A DNA stretch of 64,000 nucleotides, from contig OY730476.1 in NCBI GenBank assembly GCA_963422735.1, forward strand, positions 192,001 to 256,000. Direction: 5' to 3'. Position 1 is the stretch's first letter. Each line of letters opens with the position of its first letter. A program made the position numbers and the translations under genes. The notes under the pieces were generated by a model. It had not been told where the DNA came from. It ran no database searches and worked only from the letters and a program-made list of their open reading frames with translations. The stretch is from Candidatus Latescibacterota bacterium (GTDB lineage Bacteria > Latescibacterota > UBA2968 > UBA8231). This document shows positions 1-10,333 of this stretch, piece by piece.

Positions 1-832
1 CAAGATCTTTGAAGAAGACGGCCGCACAGCGCCCATCTACAACGACAAGCACCTCTCCTACAGCTTCGACAAGGCTCGAGAAATGGTCGCCGACGGCCAT
101 CGGCTCGGTTTCCCAATCCTAGCGGGTTCCTCGCTGCCAGTCACTTGGCGTCTGCCCGACATCGAGCTACCCTTGGGCTGCCAGATCGAAGAGGCGCTGA
201 TGGTCGGCTGCGGCGGCTCCGACCCGATGGACTACCACGCGCTAGAGGCCATGCAGTGCATGATCGAGCGTCGCTCAGGCGGCGAGACCGGGGTCAAATC
301 CGTGCAATTGATCGAAGGAGACGCCGTGTGGAAAGCGGGTGAAGAAGGGTGCTATTCGCTGGAACTGCTCGAATCCGCCCTCTCGCGCAGCGATACCCCT
401 TGCGGCAAAACCGACGAGGACGGCCGCACCCAAGATCTGCTGGGCAACGGCGAGCTGCCCCAGCTCGTCAAAGAGCCGGCCGCGTACTTCATCGAGCACA
501 ACGACGGCCTCAAAACGACCCTCCTGATGCTCAACGGTGCCATCCGCGACTACTGCTTCGCCTGCAAGCTCGCTGGCGAAGACGGGCCCATCTCGACCCA
601 ATTTTTCTTGCCGCCGACACCCAACGTCACCTACTCGGCCTGTCTAGTGGCCAAGATCTGGGAAATGATCGAGACCGGCCAAGCGCCCTTTCCCGCCGAG
701 CGCACCCTAATCGTCAGTGGTGCGCTCGAAAGCTGCCTGACCTCCAAAGTGGAGGGCCACAAGCGGCTCGAAACGCCGCACCTCAAGGTGGAGTACCAGG
801 CACCAGCCGAGTCGCATCACGGCCGCTTTTAG
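1..832 (+). CDS. Conserved hypothetical protein (possibly Gfo/Idh/MocA-related), 5'-truncated by the window edge
   Basis: Frame is open from base 2 (KIFEEDGRTAPIYNDKHLSY...GFPILAGSSLPVTWR) to TAG at 830-832. Confidence 0.7.
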   Translation, partial: KIFEEDGRTAPIYNDKHLSYSFDKAREMVADGHRLGFPILAGSSLPVTWRLPDIELPLGCQIEEALMVGCGGSDPMDYHALEAMQCMIERRSGGETGVKSVQLIEGDAVWKAGEEGCYSLELLESALSRSDTPCGKTDEDGRTQDLLGNGELPQLVKEPAAYFIEHNDGLKTTLLMLNGAIRDYCFACKLAGEDGPISTQFFLPPTPNVTYSACLVAKIWEMIETGQAPFPAERTLIVSGALESCLTSKVEGHKRLETPHLKVEYQAPAESHHGRF

Positions 833-861
833 TCAGCGAAGCCATATAGCTCGGGTGGCAC

Positions 862-1117
862 ATGTTCATCAGCAGATTGGATTGGGGCGACTATCGCATT
901 GAACATATCGCTCGACGCGATGTGGAACCGTTTGCGAAGACCCCTTTCACTTAGCTCGCCTCAAGGACACAACCGTTATCTTCTTTATGGGCAGACAGCA
1001 GACGGGCGGTACTTGTTTGTCGTATTGGAGCATATCAAAGACACTGTCTATGAGCCTATCACTGCCCGCAGTATGACTGACCGTGAAAAACGAAATTTTA
1101 AGAGGCTGGGAAAATGA
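862..1117 (+). pseudogene. BrnT-family toxin, frameshifted
   Basis: ATG 862 reads MFISRLDWGDYRIEHIARRDVEP; frames shift twice into GHNRYLLYGQTADGRYLFVVLE...PITARSMTDREKRNF, typical BrnT motifs. Confidence 0.7.
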
Positions 1118-1374
1118 AAGAATTACAAGTCCCAGAATTCAAGAACCGTGAAGAGGAAGCTGCATTTTGGGACCTAGATACCGCTGATTTCATGGAAGAC
1201 GATGGGGAATAGTTTCGCTTTGATACGCAGTACAAGCGAACAATTCGCGCTGCGATTCTCCCTGAAATAGCGGAAGAACTCATGCAGAGTGCCCATGCAC
1301 AAGGCGTGTTGGTTGAAACCTTAGTAAATGTCCTTTTAATCGAGCGCATACGAGAGGCCGTTACGACAAGCTAA
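1114..1374 (+). pseudogene. CopG/BrnA-like antitoxin with internal stop
   Basis: MKELQVPEFKNREEEAAFWD motif; overlaps the toxin stop (ATGA); in-frame TAG at 1210-1212. Confidence 0.65.
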
Positions 1375-1381
1375 TCTGGTA

Positions 1382-1715
1382 CGGAATTTCCTAGTGTACG
1401 GTTGGGCATTCAGGTTTCATGTAGGCGGTTTCACTCGGCTGGCCCGTAGATCTCGTCCGGGCCAGCGCGGTCCCCCGCGTCGATGTTCCGAGGCCCGTCG
1501 CCGGGTACCCGTCGCCAAGGGGGCGGATGGGACGGACCACAGACCACAGACCACAGACCACAGACCACAGACCACAGACCACAGACCACAGACCACAGAC
1601 CACAGACCACAGACCACAGACCACAGACCACAGACCACAGACCACAGACCACAGACCACAGACCACAGACCACAGACCACAGACCACAGGTTAAACAGTC
1701 CTCTAGGAAAGTCCG
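1382..1715 (+). mobile_element. MITE copy A1 with terminal inverted repeats, 8-bp target duplication and internal (ACCACAG)22 array
   Basis: Left end CGGAATTTCCTAG, right end CTAGGAAAGTCCG; ATCTGGTA flanks both sides (1374..1381, 1716..1723); the body recurs inverted at 34093..34219. Confidence 0.85.
1536..1689. repeat. Perfect heptamer tandem repeat (ACCACAG)x22
   Basis: Read directly, 154 bp. Confidence 0.97.
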
Positions 1716-1819
1716 ATCTGGTATATCGTCTGGCTAGCCTTTGCAATGCTTTATCCGTCAACTGAAACGCTTCTCCCTCCGACCGCATGGTAGCAACCTG
1801 CAAAAGAAAGGAAAATCCT

Positions 1820-2839
1820 ATGTCCACCATCCCCACGCGCTCTTTGCGCACCGGCGTCGAGCTAAGCACGCTCGGCTTTGGCGGCGCCCCCTTGGGCGAG
1901 CTTTTCGATCCGGTCAGCGAAACCCAAGCCCAAGACACCCTGCAAGCGGCTTGGGACGCTGGCATCCGCTACTACGACACCGCCCCGTTCTACGGCTACG
2001 GCAAAAGCGAGCACCGCCTCGGCCATTTTCTCCGCCAGCAGGAACGCGGCGACTTCGCACTCTCGACCAAGGTCGGCCGGGTGCTCACAGCCACCCGCAA
2101 TCTCGATTCTTTCGAGAAGGGCTTCTGGATTGGCGGCCTGCCCTTCGACTTCCGTTTCGACTACGGGTACGACGGCATTATGCGCTCGTGGGAAGACAGC
2201 TTGCAGCGGCTGAGCCTCAACTCTATTGACCTGCTGTTGATCCACGACCTCGACAGCTTCTTCCACGACAGTGAGCAGCGCTTCTCCGCCCACCTCAACC
2301 GCCTAATCACCAGTGGCTGGCGCGCCCTCGACGAGCTGCGCTCGCAGGGGCTGGTCAAGGCCATTGGCGCGGGCCTCAACCGCATGGGGGCCATGCCGCG
2401 CCTGCTCGATGCAGTTGACCTCGACTGCTGCATCGTTGCCATGCCCTATACGCTTTTGGACCAAGACTCCCTCGACGAGGAATTCCCGCTTTGCGAGGAG
2501 CGCAATGTGCGCATCGTCATCGGCTCGGTTTTCGCCTCCGGCATCCTCGCCTCCGGCCCGGTCGAAGGTGCCCGCTACGCCTATGACACAGCCTCACCCG
2601 AAATCCTCGAAAAGACGCGCCGCATCCAAGCCGTCTGCCAGCGGCACGACGTGCCCTTGCCTGCCGCCGCCATGCAGTTCCCGCTCGGGCACCCGCTCGT
2701 CGCGGCGATTATCCCGGGCGCGCAAACACCGGCCCACATCGAGACTAACGCCCAGTGGTTTCAGCGCGAAATACCAACGGATATGTGGGCCGAGCTAAAG
2801 GCGGAAAGATTGTTGCGGGAAGACACGCCGACGCCGTGA
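1820..2839 (+). CDS. Aldo/keto reductase (D-threo-aldose 1-dehydrogenase-like)
   Basis: LGFGGAPLG, YYDTAPFYGYGKSE, STKVGR, DLLLIHD motifs; ATG 1820 follows AAGGA. Confidence 0.9.
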   Translation: MSTIPTRSLRTGVELSTLGFGGAPLGELFDPVSETQAQDTLQAAWDAGIRYYDTAPFYGYGKSEHRLGHFLRQQERGDFALSTKVGRVLTATRNLDSFEKGFWIGGLPFDFRFDYGYDGIMRSWEDSLQRLSLNSIDLLLIHDLDSFFHDSEQRFSAHLNRLITSGWRALDELRSQGLVKAIGAGLNRMGAMPRLLDAVDLDCCIVAMPYTLLDQDSLDEEFPLCEERNVRIVIGSVFASGILASGPVEGARYAYDTASPEILEKTRRIQAVCQRHDVPLPAAAMQFPLGHPLVAAIIPGAQTPAHIETNAQWFQREIPTDMWAELKAERLLREDTPTP

Positions 2840-2879
2840 GGGCATTGGGAAAACAACCTAGAGAAAGGATATGTAAGTT

Positions 2880-3257
2880 ATGAGCCTGCTTGCGAGAATA
2901 TTGGGCAACGCCGGCGTCGTAGATGTAGAAACGTTGCAAGCGGACTATGGGCAGTTGCTCGTCGACGGCGAGGACATTGAGGTCGGGTTCAAGGTCATTC
3001 GCGATACGTTTGTATTCACAAACAGGCGATTGACTCTCGTCAATATCCAAGGCATGACCGGGAAAAAGGTGGAATACCTATCCATACCGTACGGCAGAAT
3101 CGCGAAGTTTAGCATTGAGACAGCCGGGAGTTTTGATCTCGACGCCGAACTAAAATTGTGGATCGGTAGCGACCCCATGCCGCTGGAGAAAAAATTCAAC
3201 ACAAAGGTAAACATCTACGATCTGCACAAGGTGCTATCGACCCATGTCCTCGGTTAG
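2880..3257 (+). CDS. Bacterial PH-domain protein (bPH_1)
   Basis: RDTFVFTNRRL, QGMTGKKVEYLSIPY, FSIETAGSFDLDAELKLW. Confidence 0.9.
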   Translation: MSLLARILGNAGVVDVETLQADYGQLLVDGEDIEVGFKVIRDTFVFTNRRLTLVNIQGMTGKKVEYLSIPYGRIAKFSIETAGSFDLDAELKLWIGSDPMPLEKKFNTKVNIYDLHKVLSTHVLG

Positions 3258-3272
3258 CGTCCGCTCCGTCGT

Positions 3273-3389
3273 CTAATACACATGCGGGCAAAATAGTTCC
3301 CGAACTTGGGCGTGGTGCCTGCGCGAACGATCTGTGGCCGACAGGAACACGCTGGTGTCGGCGAACAGGATCTCACCTGCCGTCGTCAT
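3273..3389 (-). pseudogene. Truncated VapC/PIN toxin (N-terminal 38 aa only)
   Basis: MTTAGEILFADTSVFLSATDRSRRHHAQVRELF resembles a PIN-domain start (DTxV); lies directly after the antitoxin. Confidence 0.55.
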
Positions 3390-3603
3390 CGTAGATCTCG
3401 TTTCGAGACCATGTTGGTGTGGCTCGTCCGGTCTCTACCGCGATCCATGACATCGCCTCTAGCTGTTCGGGTGGGGCGGTGCGAGCGGCCCGCTCCAGTA
3501 TTGCATGCAGATCTCCTTGGAGCGAGCGACGGTGGCTCTTGACCAGCCGTTTCAGGGCAGCCAGAATGTTGGGATTCACATCTCTGATATGTAGTGATTT
3601 CAT
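3373..3603 (-). CDS. FitA-like ribbon-helix-helix antitoxin
   Basis: MKSLHIRDV...LKRLVKSHRRSLQGDLHAILE, Arc/RHH pattern. Confidence 0.75.
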   Translation of the reverse strand: MKSLHIRDVNPNILAALKRLVKSHRRSLQGDLHAILERAARTAPPEQLEAMSWIAVETGRATPTWSRNEIYDDDGR

Positions 3604-3795
3604 GCTGCTATCAAAAGGATACCATCACTCTCTGTCAAAGGCCGCGTAGGTTGCGAGTTTGAACAGAAAAATCCCGTTTCCTTATGTTTGAATAGCAGGG
3701 CCCCAAACGACCGTTGTTGCCATGTTTGTCCATCCTACTCACGTATCGTCTCCGGGAAGAGCCGTCTCAAAACCCTTTCTAAAGGTGTTTGCCTT

Positions 3796-6700
3796 ATGAA
3801 GTCTTTGATCGGCAGTCTCATCGGATTGATGTTGAGCGTCTGCGTCTGTACCTCGAGCGAAACCGAGCAACACTACTCGCCCCAAGAGCTGGAAGCGGCG
3901 AAAGCGGAACTGCGTGCGCACAATCGGTTGTGGACGTTCGAGGCGGGAGCCGTACTCGGCCAAGAATGGACGAGCCGTGCGCCGGAGGACGCCGAGCTGC
4001 GGGCACTCTACGCGCGTCAGCTACACGGGCAGTTGTACGGGCACCGAGAGATCCAGGAGCAAGCCGACGCGATCTTGGAATGGGAGCCGGACAACCCGTG
4101 GGGACTCTATGTGCAAGCACTCGCGTTTCTGGCAAACAGGGAGTACTCAGAGGCGGCCGAGTCCAGCCTACGCGCCTGGATGCGGCAGCCTCGGCCGGAG
4201 TTTGCCGCGACGTACCTTCAGGCGCTTAGGTTCAACGCGGAAGCGGGGATGGCATTTCTGGACTCAGTAGATGCGGCGACCCGCCAGCATCCTGAGGTTC
4301 TCCATGCCCGCGCGGAACTCGAGTACATGGCACGGTACACGCTGGAGGATCCCGCCTATGCGGATACGAGCCGGGCTACCTTGGCCCTGCTCCGAGCGCG
4401 TTGGCCCGACCACGTCAGCGGCTACTTTCGCGCCGCGGAACAGCTCTACCAAGCCAATAAGCCGAAGGAGGCACTCCCGCTGATCGAAGAGGCCGTTCGC
4501 CTCGCCCCGGGCTCTGCGGATGTGCGCTATTGGCATTGGCAGATTCTCAACGAGACGGATCAGCGCCCCGCCGAGCAGCGACGCACCGCCATTGAGGCCA
4601 GCATCACCGCGTATCGGAAGGCCGTGCCGGAGACCGTACGCGGCCTCGCCCTGCTCACCACGACTTATAGGTACGTACTCGAGGACGAAGAGAAGGCAGA
4701 GGAGTTTGAAGCGAAGCTGCTGGCGCAGGCTCCCGCGAGCCGACATGCGTCGCGGATCCACCAACAGAAGTTCCAACGGGAGTACCAACGATTACAGTCC
4801 AAGTTGGACCACCGCGAGGACGCGCCGGAGTACCAAGATCAGCTTCGCCTCGTCCGCGACGCGGCCTATCGGTTCCTCGAAAAACCCCTCTACGACGATA
4901 GCTTCCGCGAGAGGGCGTACCAAGCACTCTTCAGTGCCCTAAGCGACATGAACCCGGTTCCGGCCGAGGAACTCGCCGAGGCGGTGCGCGGCTTGGTCCG
5001 GTACGAGCGGCTCAACCCGCACCTAACGCACAGTGCCCTTATCTTGATGGCCGACCACACGCCGTACGCCGAGGAGGTCGCAGCAATCGCTCAGGGCGTC
5101 ATACAAGCCATGCTCGATAGGGCCGAAGAGGAAGCATGGGGGGAGGGTCGGCTGGACTACTACTTGGGCCTCGTCCACGATGCCCTCGGGTGGGCTCGCT
5201 ACAAAGCGGGTCGTATCGAGGAAGGCCGCAACGAGCTTGAGCGGGCACTGGAGTTTTCGAAGAGAAACACCCGTGCCCACTATCACTTAGGCCAAGTGTT
5301 CGAGCACATGGCGACCGAGGCCGAGGCTCGGGACGCCGTCGAGGCAGCCCGCACTTGGCTCGACAAGGCGGCGGACGCCTACATCGCCGGCCTCGAGGTC
5401 CGAACTTGGGGGACCAGGTCCAACCCCTGCCAGGCGGCCCTAGCCGCGCTGTACGAGCGCCGGAACGGCTCGCGCGAAGGGCTCGACGAGTATCTCGCCA
5501 CGCTCCACGCCGAGATCCGCTTAACGCCCAAAATCGACCTCCACCTCGAACCAACCCCTATTGAGGGGCTCCCCGATCGCACTCTCAATCTCCCGCCCGG
5601 CTTTAAGGTCAAACTTTTTTCTGACCAAGTAGATAAAGCCCGCTTCATGGCCTGGGACGACCAAGGCGTTCTGCATGTGGCGAACATGAAGACTCGCGGA
5701 AGGAGTCCATGGAGCCCAGCTTCCGGCCGCCAAGGCACGGTACTAGCCTTGCCCGACCAAGACGGCGACGGCCGCGCCGACACTGTGTACAAAGCGGCCG
5801 ACGACCTTAACTGGCCCCACAGCATCGCCTTCTATCAGGGAGCGCTCTTCGTCGCCGACGACGATGCCATCTATCGCCTCGAAGACCGCGACGCGGACGG
5901 CTTCTACGAGGAGCGCACCGTCTTCGCCGAAGTGCCCGGCTTTATGGGTCTTGCCTATGAGCACGTAACCCATACGCTGGTTTTCGACGAGTCCAACGAC
6001 AAGCTCTACTTCCACATTGGCGCGGGTTGCGACATCTGCCGCGAAGACGATCCAGAACGCTCCGCGGTCATACAGATGAACACCGATGGCACGGGTCGGC
6101 GGATCTTTGCTTCTGGACTGCGCAATGCCATCGGCCTCGATTTGCACCCGGTCACAGGCGAGCTGTGGGGTGCTAACACTGGGCACGACCGCGAGGGCCG
6201 GGACTTGCCGCCGGAGTGGATCACCCCCCTCCGCGACGGCGGCTTCTATGGCTGGCCGTTTGCTTACGCGGACAAAGTCTGGACGGATTTCTCCATTCGC
6301 GCCTACCAAAGGTCGATCTTTCCGCTGACTCGCTCCGATTCGCTGTTGGTTGCCAACATGGAGTCTCCAGCCGTCCTCGTACCCGCCCACTTGGCACCTA
6401 TGGCGTTGCATTTCTACAAGCACGACCAGTTTCCCCCTCAGTACAAACACGCTGCATTTGTCGCCTTTCGCGCGGGTGCATTGGGCAACGATCCGGGCTA
6501 TAAGGTCACGGCACTCTTTGCCGAACCGGATGGCTCCAACGCCCGCATCGCCGATTTTCTCACCGGCTTCCGGCTCGATTCCAACGAGGGCTGGGGTGCG
6601 ATCTCCGGTTTTTCCTTTTTTAATACCGGCAACGTGTGGGGTAAGCCGGTCGGGCTGACTACTGACGAGGCCGGACACCTCTATTTGACCAGTGACGAAA

Positions 6701-7047
6701 ACACCCAAGCCATCTTCCGCATTGAGGCTAGCCCCCTCCAGGGCACGTGGGAAAATCCCCCGCCCGACACCCTGCTCGCCGGCGCGGTGCTACCTTTGCG
6801 TTCGACGATTCGCCTCCGGCGGCAGGTAGCAGGCGCAGAGCCAGCTCAGCTAACGGCCAATCTGGCTGCGCTGGACGGCCCAGAGGCATTGCCTTTGCAG
6901 CGAATAGACGACCAGACCTATCGCTTGGAAGCCGACCTCTCGGCCGGCGAGCGCAACGGCCGCAAGAAACTGGTGGTGCATCTCGTCCAAGGCGACGAGG
7001 CGACCAAGTTGGTGCATTCTATCGTCGTGCTGCCCAGACAAGACTAG
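3796..7047 (+). CDS. Secreted TPR-repeat protein fused to a glucose/sorbosone dehydrogenase-like beta-propeller
   Basis: Signal-like N-terminus; TPR helices (DALGWARYKAGRIEEG...ALE); then LPPGFKVKLF, FASGLRNAIGL, GFYGWPF, PAHLAPMALHFY, GKPVGL motifs. Confidence 0.75.
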   Translation: MKSLIGSLIGLMLSVCVCTSSETEQHYSPQELEAAKAELRAHNRLWTFEAGAVLGQEWTSRAPEDAELRALYARQLHGQLYGHREIQEQADAILEWEPDNPWGLYVQALAFLANREYSEAAESSLRAWMRQPRPEFAATYLQALRFNAEAGMAFLDSVDAATRQHPEVLHARAELEYMARYTLEDPAYADTSRATLALLRARWPDHVSGYFRAAEQLYQANKPKEALPLIEEAVRLAPGSADVRYWHWQILNETDQRPAEQRRTAIEASITAYRKAVPETVRGLALLTTTYRYVLEDEEKAEEFEAKLLAQAPASRHASRIHQQKFQREYQRLQSKLDHREDAPEYQDQLRLVRDAAYRFLEKPLYDDSFRERAYQALFSALSDMNPVPAEELAEAVRGLVRYERLNPHLTHSALILMADHTPYAEEVAAIAQGVIQAMLDRAEEEAWGEGRLDYYLGLVHDALGWARYKAGRIEEGRNELERALEFSKRNTRAHYHLGQVFEHMATEAEARDAVEAARTWLDKAADAYIAGLEVRTWGTRSNPCQAALAALYERRNGSREGLDEYLATLHAEIRLTPKIDLHLEPTPIEGLPDRTLNLPPGFKVKLFSDQVDKARFMAWDDQGVLHVANMKTRGRSPWSPASGRQGTVLALPDQDGDGRADTVYKAADDLNWPHSIAFYQGALFVADDDAIYRLEDRDADGFYEERTVFAEVPGFMGLAYEHVTHTLVFDESNDKLYFHIGAGCDICREDDPERSAVIQMNTDGTGRRIFASGLRNAIGLDLHPVTGELWGANTGHDREGRDLPPEWITPLRDGGFYGWPFAYADKVWTDFSIRAYQRSIFPLTRSDSLLVANMESPAVLVPAHLAPMALHFYKHDQFPPQYKHAAFVAFRAGALGNDPGYKVTALFAEPDGSNARIADFLTGFRLDSNEGWGAISGFSFFNTGNVWGKPVGLTTDEAGHLYLTSDENTQAIFRIEASPLQGTWENPPPDTLLAGAVLPLRSTIRLRRQVAGAEPAQLTANLAALDGPEALPLQRIDDQTYRLEADLSAGERNGRKKLVVHLVQGDEATKLVHSIVVLPRQD

Positions 7048-7058
7048 ACCCTGAACCA

Positions 7059-8279
7059 ATGAAACGCCTCCCGCTCATCGTCCTCTGCTGTGTGTCGCTG
7101 TACTCCTGCGTCAAAAGCCTCGTTGACCCGGACATTCAGCCTTTGTCTGCGGCAAGTCCTAAAATAATGGTCCACTATATGCCTTGGTACGCCTCCAAGC
7201 CCGTCAGCGGCGCGTGGGGCTGGCACTGGACGATGAATCACTTTAATCCCGACACTATCGCCGACGATGGCCGCCGCGCAATAGCCTCTCATTACTACCC
7301 ATTGATCGGGCCGTACGATTCAAACGATCCACACGCCTTGGAATGTCATGTATTGCTTATGAAGCTCGCGGGCATCGACGGCGCGATCATCGACTGGTAC
7401 GGCATCAAAGATCACCGCGATTACGCCGCGATCCACCGCAACACAAATCACCTAATTGCGTACATCAAAAAGGCTGGATTGAGCTTCGCAATATGTTACG
7501 AAGATCAATCGGTGAAGCACCTCGTCAACGATGGGGTTCTCCGCGAAAATCAAGCCCTTAGCCACGGCAAGGAGGTCTTGCGCTGGATGCAGGATCACTG
7601 GTTTGTCGCCGACGAATACGCCAAGATCGCTGGCCGGCCTCTGCTCTTCGTATTCGGTCCGCAGTACTTCAAAGGGGCGGCGTGGAAGAAGCTATTTTCG
7701 GGCTTGCCGCAACCTCCGTACTTCTACACCCTGAACTCACCGCAGGAAGGAGCCGAAGGGGTATTCGGGTGGCCTCCAGTACACGAAGGCCGCGTCGTGC
7801 CTCCTGTTGCTTGGCGCGCCTACCTAAGCCAGCTCTACACAGAGAAGGCCGGCATCGGCACGGCGTTTCCCAAGTTCCACGACATCTGCGAGGAAGCCGG
7901 TGTGCGCGAAAGCTACGGCTACCTAGACGACCAAGAAGGCGCGGTTTTTGTAGAGACGCTAGAACGCGCTGGGGAGCGCGCGTCGCTGATCCAGATTGTC
8001 ACTTGGAACGATTATGGCGAGGGCACCATAATCGAGCCGACGGCGGAATTCGGTTATCGCTATCTCGAAGCACTACAGAACTACCGCAAAAAGTACGCCG
8101 GCAAGAAGTTTCCTTACAGCGCAGAAGATCTGCGGCTACCCATCGCGCTATACAAGCTTCGCAAACAAGTAGCGGCGGACGGGCGGGCAACCACACGCCT
8201 CGACAGCGCAGCGGCCCTTCTATTCGCGTCTGAGAGTGAGGCCGCGAGAAAAATACTGCTCCGGGACGCCATTGACTAG
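7059..8279 (+). CDS. Glycoside hydrolase family 99/71-like lipoprotein
   Basis: Lipobox (VSLYSC), HYMPWY, YYPLIGPYDSND, AGIDGAIIDWYG, TWNDYGEGTIIEP. Confidence 0.8.
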   Translation: MKRLPLIVLCCVSLYSCVKSLVDPDIQPLSAASPKIMVHYMPWYASKPVSGAWGWHWTMNHFNPDTIADDGRRAIASHYYPLIGPYDSNDPHALECHVLLMKLAGIDGAIIDWYGIKDHRDYAAIHRNTNHLIAYIKKAGLSFAICYEDQSVKHLVNDGVLRENQALSHGKEVLRWMQDHWFVADEYAKIAGRPLLFVFGPQYFKGAAWKKLFSGLPQPPYFYTLNSPQEGAEGVFGWPPVHEGRVVPPVAWRAYLSQLYTEKAGIGTAFPKFHDICEEAGVRESYGYLDDQEGAVFVETLERAGERASLIQIVTWNDYGEGTIIEPTAEFGYRYLEALQNYRKKYAGKKFPYSAEDLRLPIALYKLRKQVAADGRATTRLDSAAALLFASESEAARKILLRDAID

Positions 8280-8300
8280 AGCGCACAGAGGGGATACCCT

Positions 8301-9302
8301 GTGACGACCTTTCACCCGGAGCGCGTTATGGACCTGACCACTGCCGAATGCCAACACTTCCACGACCTCGGCTACGCAATCAAAGAAGACATCTACTCTC
8401 AAGCCGATCTCCAACCCCTCAAGGACAGCCTCACTGCCGTCATTGACCAGACGTGTGCCGCCTTGCAAAAGGAAGGGCTGCTCGGCGCGGAAACCTTTGC
8501 CGCCGAACCCTTTGAAACCCGGCTCGGTTCCCTCTTCAAAGCCAATGTCGCAGTCGGCGAGCGCGTGACCCAAGCGATCATGGGGCGCGGTGGCGGCGGC
8601 TTCAAGGAACAGGCCATTCTCGACTTTTTGCGCCATCCGCCGCTCGTCTCCTGCATCGAAAGCCTCGTCGGCCCCGACATCATTGGCTCGTCCGTGTACC
8701 GCATCCGCCCCAAGGCCCCCGGCTACTCGCGCGGGGCTGTGCCTTGGCACCAAGACTCGGGTTATTTTATGCCTCACTGCGATCAGAGCCTGATCGTGAC
8801 CTGCTGGATTCCCCTCGTCGATGCCACCATTGAAAATGGCTGCCTACACGTCATCCCCAAATCGCACCACAGCGGCGTCTATCGCCACTACACCGGCGGG
8901 CAAGGCGGGTATCTCGAAATCGCCCGCGAAGACCTGCCGGCCCCCGAGCCTGTGGCCTGCCCAATGTGCGCCGGCTCGGTGCTCTTTATGACCAATCTCA
9001 CTCCGCACGCCTCCTTTGAGAACAACACCGACATCGTCCGCTGGAGCGTCGATCTCCGCTACCAAGACGCCGAAGTCCCAAACAACATTGACGAAGCCCC
9101 CAGAGACTTCAGCCCGGAACGCGACCCAATCACCATGGCCTGTCTGCCTACGGAAGGCGACTTTGTCATCAAAGACGCACAAAAACCAGAGCGCGAAGTC
9201 ACCGACATTGCCGAATTCAAGGAAATCCGCACCCGCTACGAACGGACCCCTGTACACAAGCCCGGCCGCGGCTGGACTCCTTTTGCCGAGCGCCAAGTCT
9301 AA
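8301..9302 (+). CDS. Phytanoyl-CoA dioxygenase (PhyH) family protein
   Basis: PWHQDSGY, WIPLVDATIENGCLHVIPKSH, PHAS..N, RWSVDLRY. Confidence 0.9.
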   Translation: MTTFHPERVMDLTTAECQHFHDLGYAIKEDIYSQADLQPLKDSLTAVIDQTCAALQKEGLLGAETFAAEPFETRLGSLFKANVAVGERVTQAIMGRGGGGFKEQAILDFLRHPPLVSCIESLVGPDIIGSSVYRIRPKAPGYSRGAVPWHQDSGYFMPHCDQSLIVTCWIPLVDATIENGCLHVIPKSHHSGVYRHYTGGQGGYLEIAREDLPAPEPVACPMCAGSVLFMTNLTPHASFENNTDIVRWSVDLRYQDAEVPNNIDEAPRDFSPERDPITMACLPTEGDFVIKDAQKPEREVTDIAEFKEIRTRYERTPVHKPGRGWTPFAERQV

Positions 9303-9311
9303 CTTTTCGCT

Positions 9312-9956
9312 GTGGAAAAAAAGCTGACAGATAGCTGCCTAGAAAAAGAAAATTTGAAGAACGTGCTCGTGAACTTCGCCCACTGGATTTTCGACCTTGA
9401 TAACACACTAGCCGATAGTGCCATTGAATTCGATGCTATACGCCAGAAGTTGAGCCTGCCTTTGGGCAAGGGCATGCTCGAAGAAATTGACGCTCGCCCC
9501 GCTGCCGAAGCGGCTGTGCTCAGACGCCGCCTTGCCGCGCTCGAACGCGAGTACGCGCTCCGCGCCCAACCTCTACCCGGCGTCCACGCGCTGCTGACCT
9601 CGCTAGTCGAACGCGGTACCCAACTCGGCATCCTCACCCGCAACAACCACGCCAATGCGTTGCAGACGCTCGCCGTCTGCGACCTCGCCGAATTCTTCGA
9701 TCCCGCCCACGTCTTAGGCCGCGACGAGGCCGCCCCCAAGCCCGATCCCGATGGCATCCACAAACTGCTCGCCGCCTGGGGTGCCGCGCCGGAAACCGCC
9801 TTGATGGTCGGCGACTTCCGCTATGATCTCGAAGCCGGCCGCCGCGCCGAGGTCACCACCATCTACTACGACGCTGCTGATCAGGACCTATGGACGGCTG
9901 AAGCCGACTTCCGCGTCCAAAGCCACGCCGAGCTGCTCGCGCTGGTGTGCGGGTAG
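9312..9956 (+). CDS. HAD-family hydrolase (start may be GTG near 9369)
   Basis: FDLDNTL, LTRN, PKPDPDG, MVGDFRYD. Confidence 0.88.
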   Translation: MEKKLTDSCLEKENLKNVLVNFAHWIFDLDNTLADSAIEFDAIRQKLSLPLGKGMLEEIDARPAAEAAVLRRRLAALEREYALRAQPLPGVHALLTSLVERGTQLGILTRNNHANALQTLAVCDLAEFFDPAHVLGRDEAAPKPDPDGIHKLLAAWGAAPETALMVGDFRYDLEAGRRAEVTTIYYDAADQDLWTAEADFRVQSHAELLALVCG

Positions 9957-9961
9957 GTTCG

Positions 9962-10333
9962 CTAGGAACCCCGCCGTCCACTCCGCCGCATATTGCCCGC
10001 GTTGCGCTGGCCGCCGCGAGATGAGAAAAAACTACTACGCTGCTGGTCAAAGCTGTTGCCGCCCTTGCCCGACCCACGCCCGGCCTTATCCTTGCGTTCG
10101 TGCGCCTCGCTGAGGTGCAGCTTCTGCCCTTCAAATTCCTTGTCGTTGAGATGGGCAATGGCCTCTTCGCCCTCGTGCCGGGTAGCCATCTCCACGTAGC
10201 CGAAGCCACGCGAGGCACCGCTTTTTTTATCTCGGGCGATGGTGGCGGCTACCACCTTCCCGTACGGTTGGAAGAGCTGGGTCAGCGCCTCCTTCTTGGT
10301 CGTCTTCGCCAAATTGCCCACGTGTATATTCAC
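9962..10333 (-). CDS. RRM RNA-binding protein (probable internal or independent start)
   Basis: AAGGAG lies 6 nt before GTG at 10333 (MNIHVGNL...); Gly/Arg/Ser-rich tail typical of bacterial RRM proteins. Confidence 0.7.
   Translation of the reverse strand: MNIHVGNLAKTTKKEALTQLFQPYGKVVAATIARDKKSGASRGFGYVEMATRHEGEEAIAHLNDKEFEGQKLHLSEAHERKDKAGRGSGKGGNSFDQQRSSFFSSRGGQRNAGNMRRSGRRGS

Noticed and set aside
1391-1965. ORFs with VVCGLWS or TTDHRPQ peptide repeats
   Set aside because: Translation artefacts of the 7-bp array inside the MITE.
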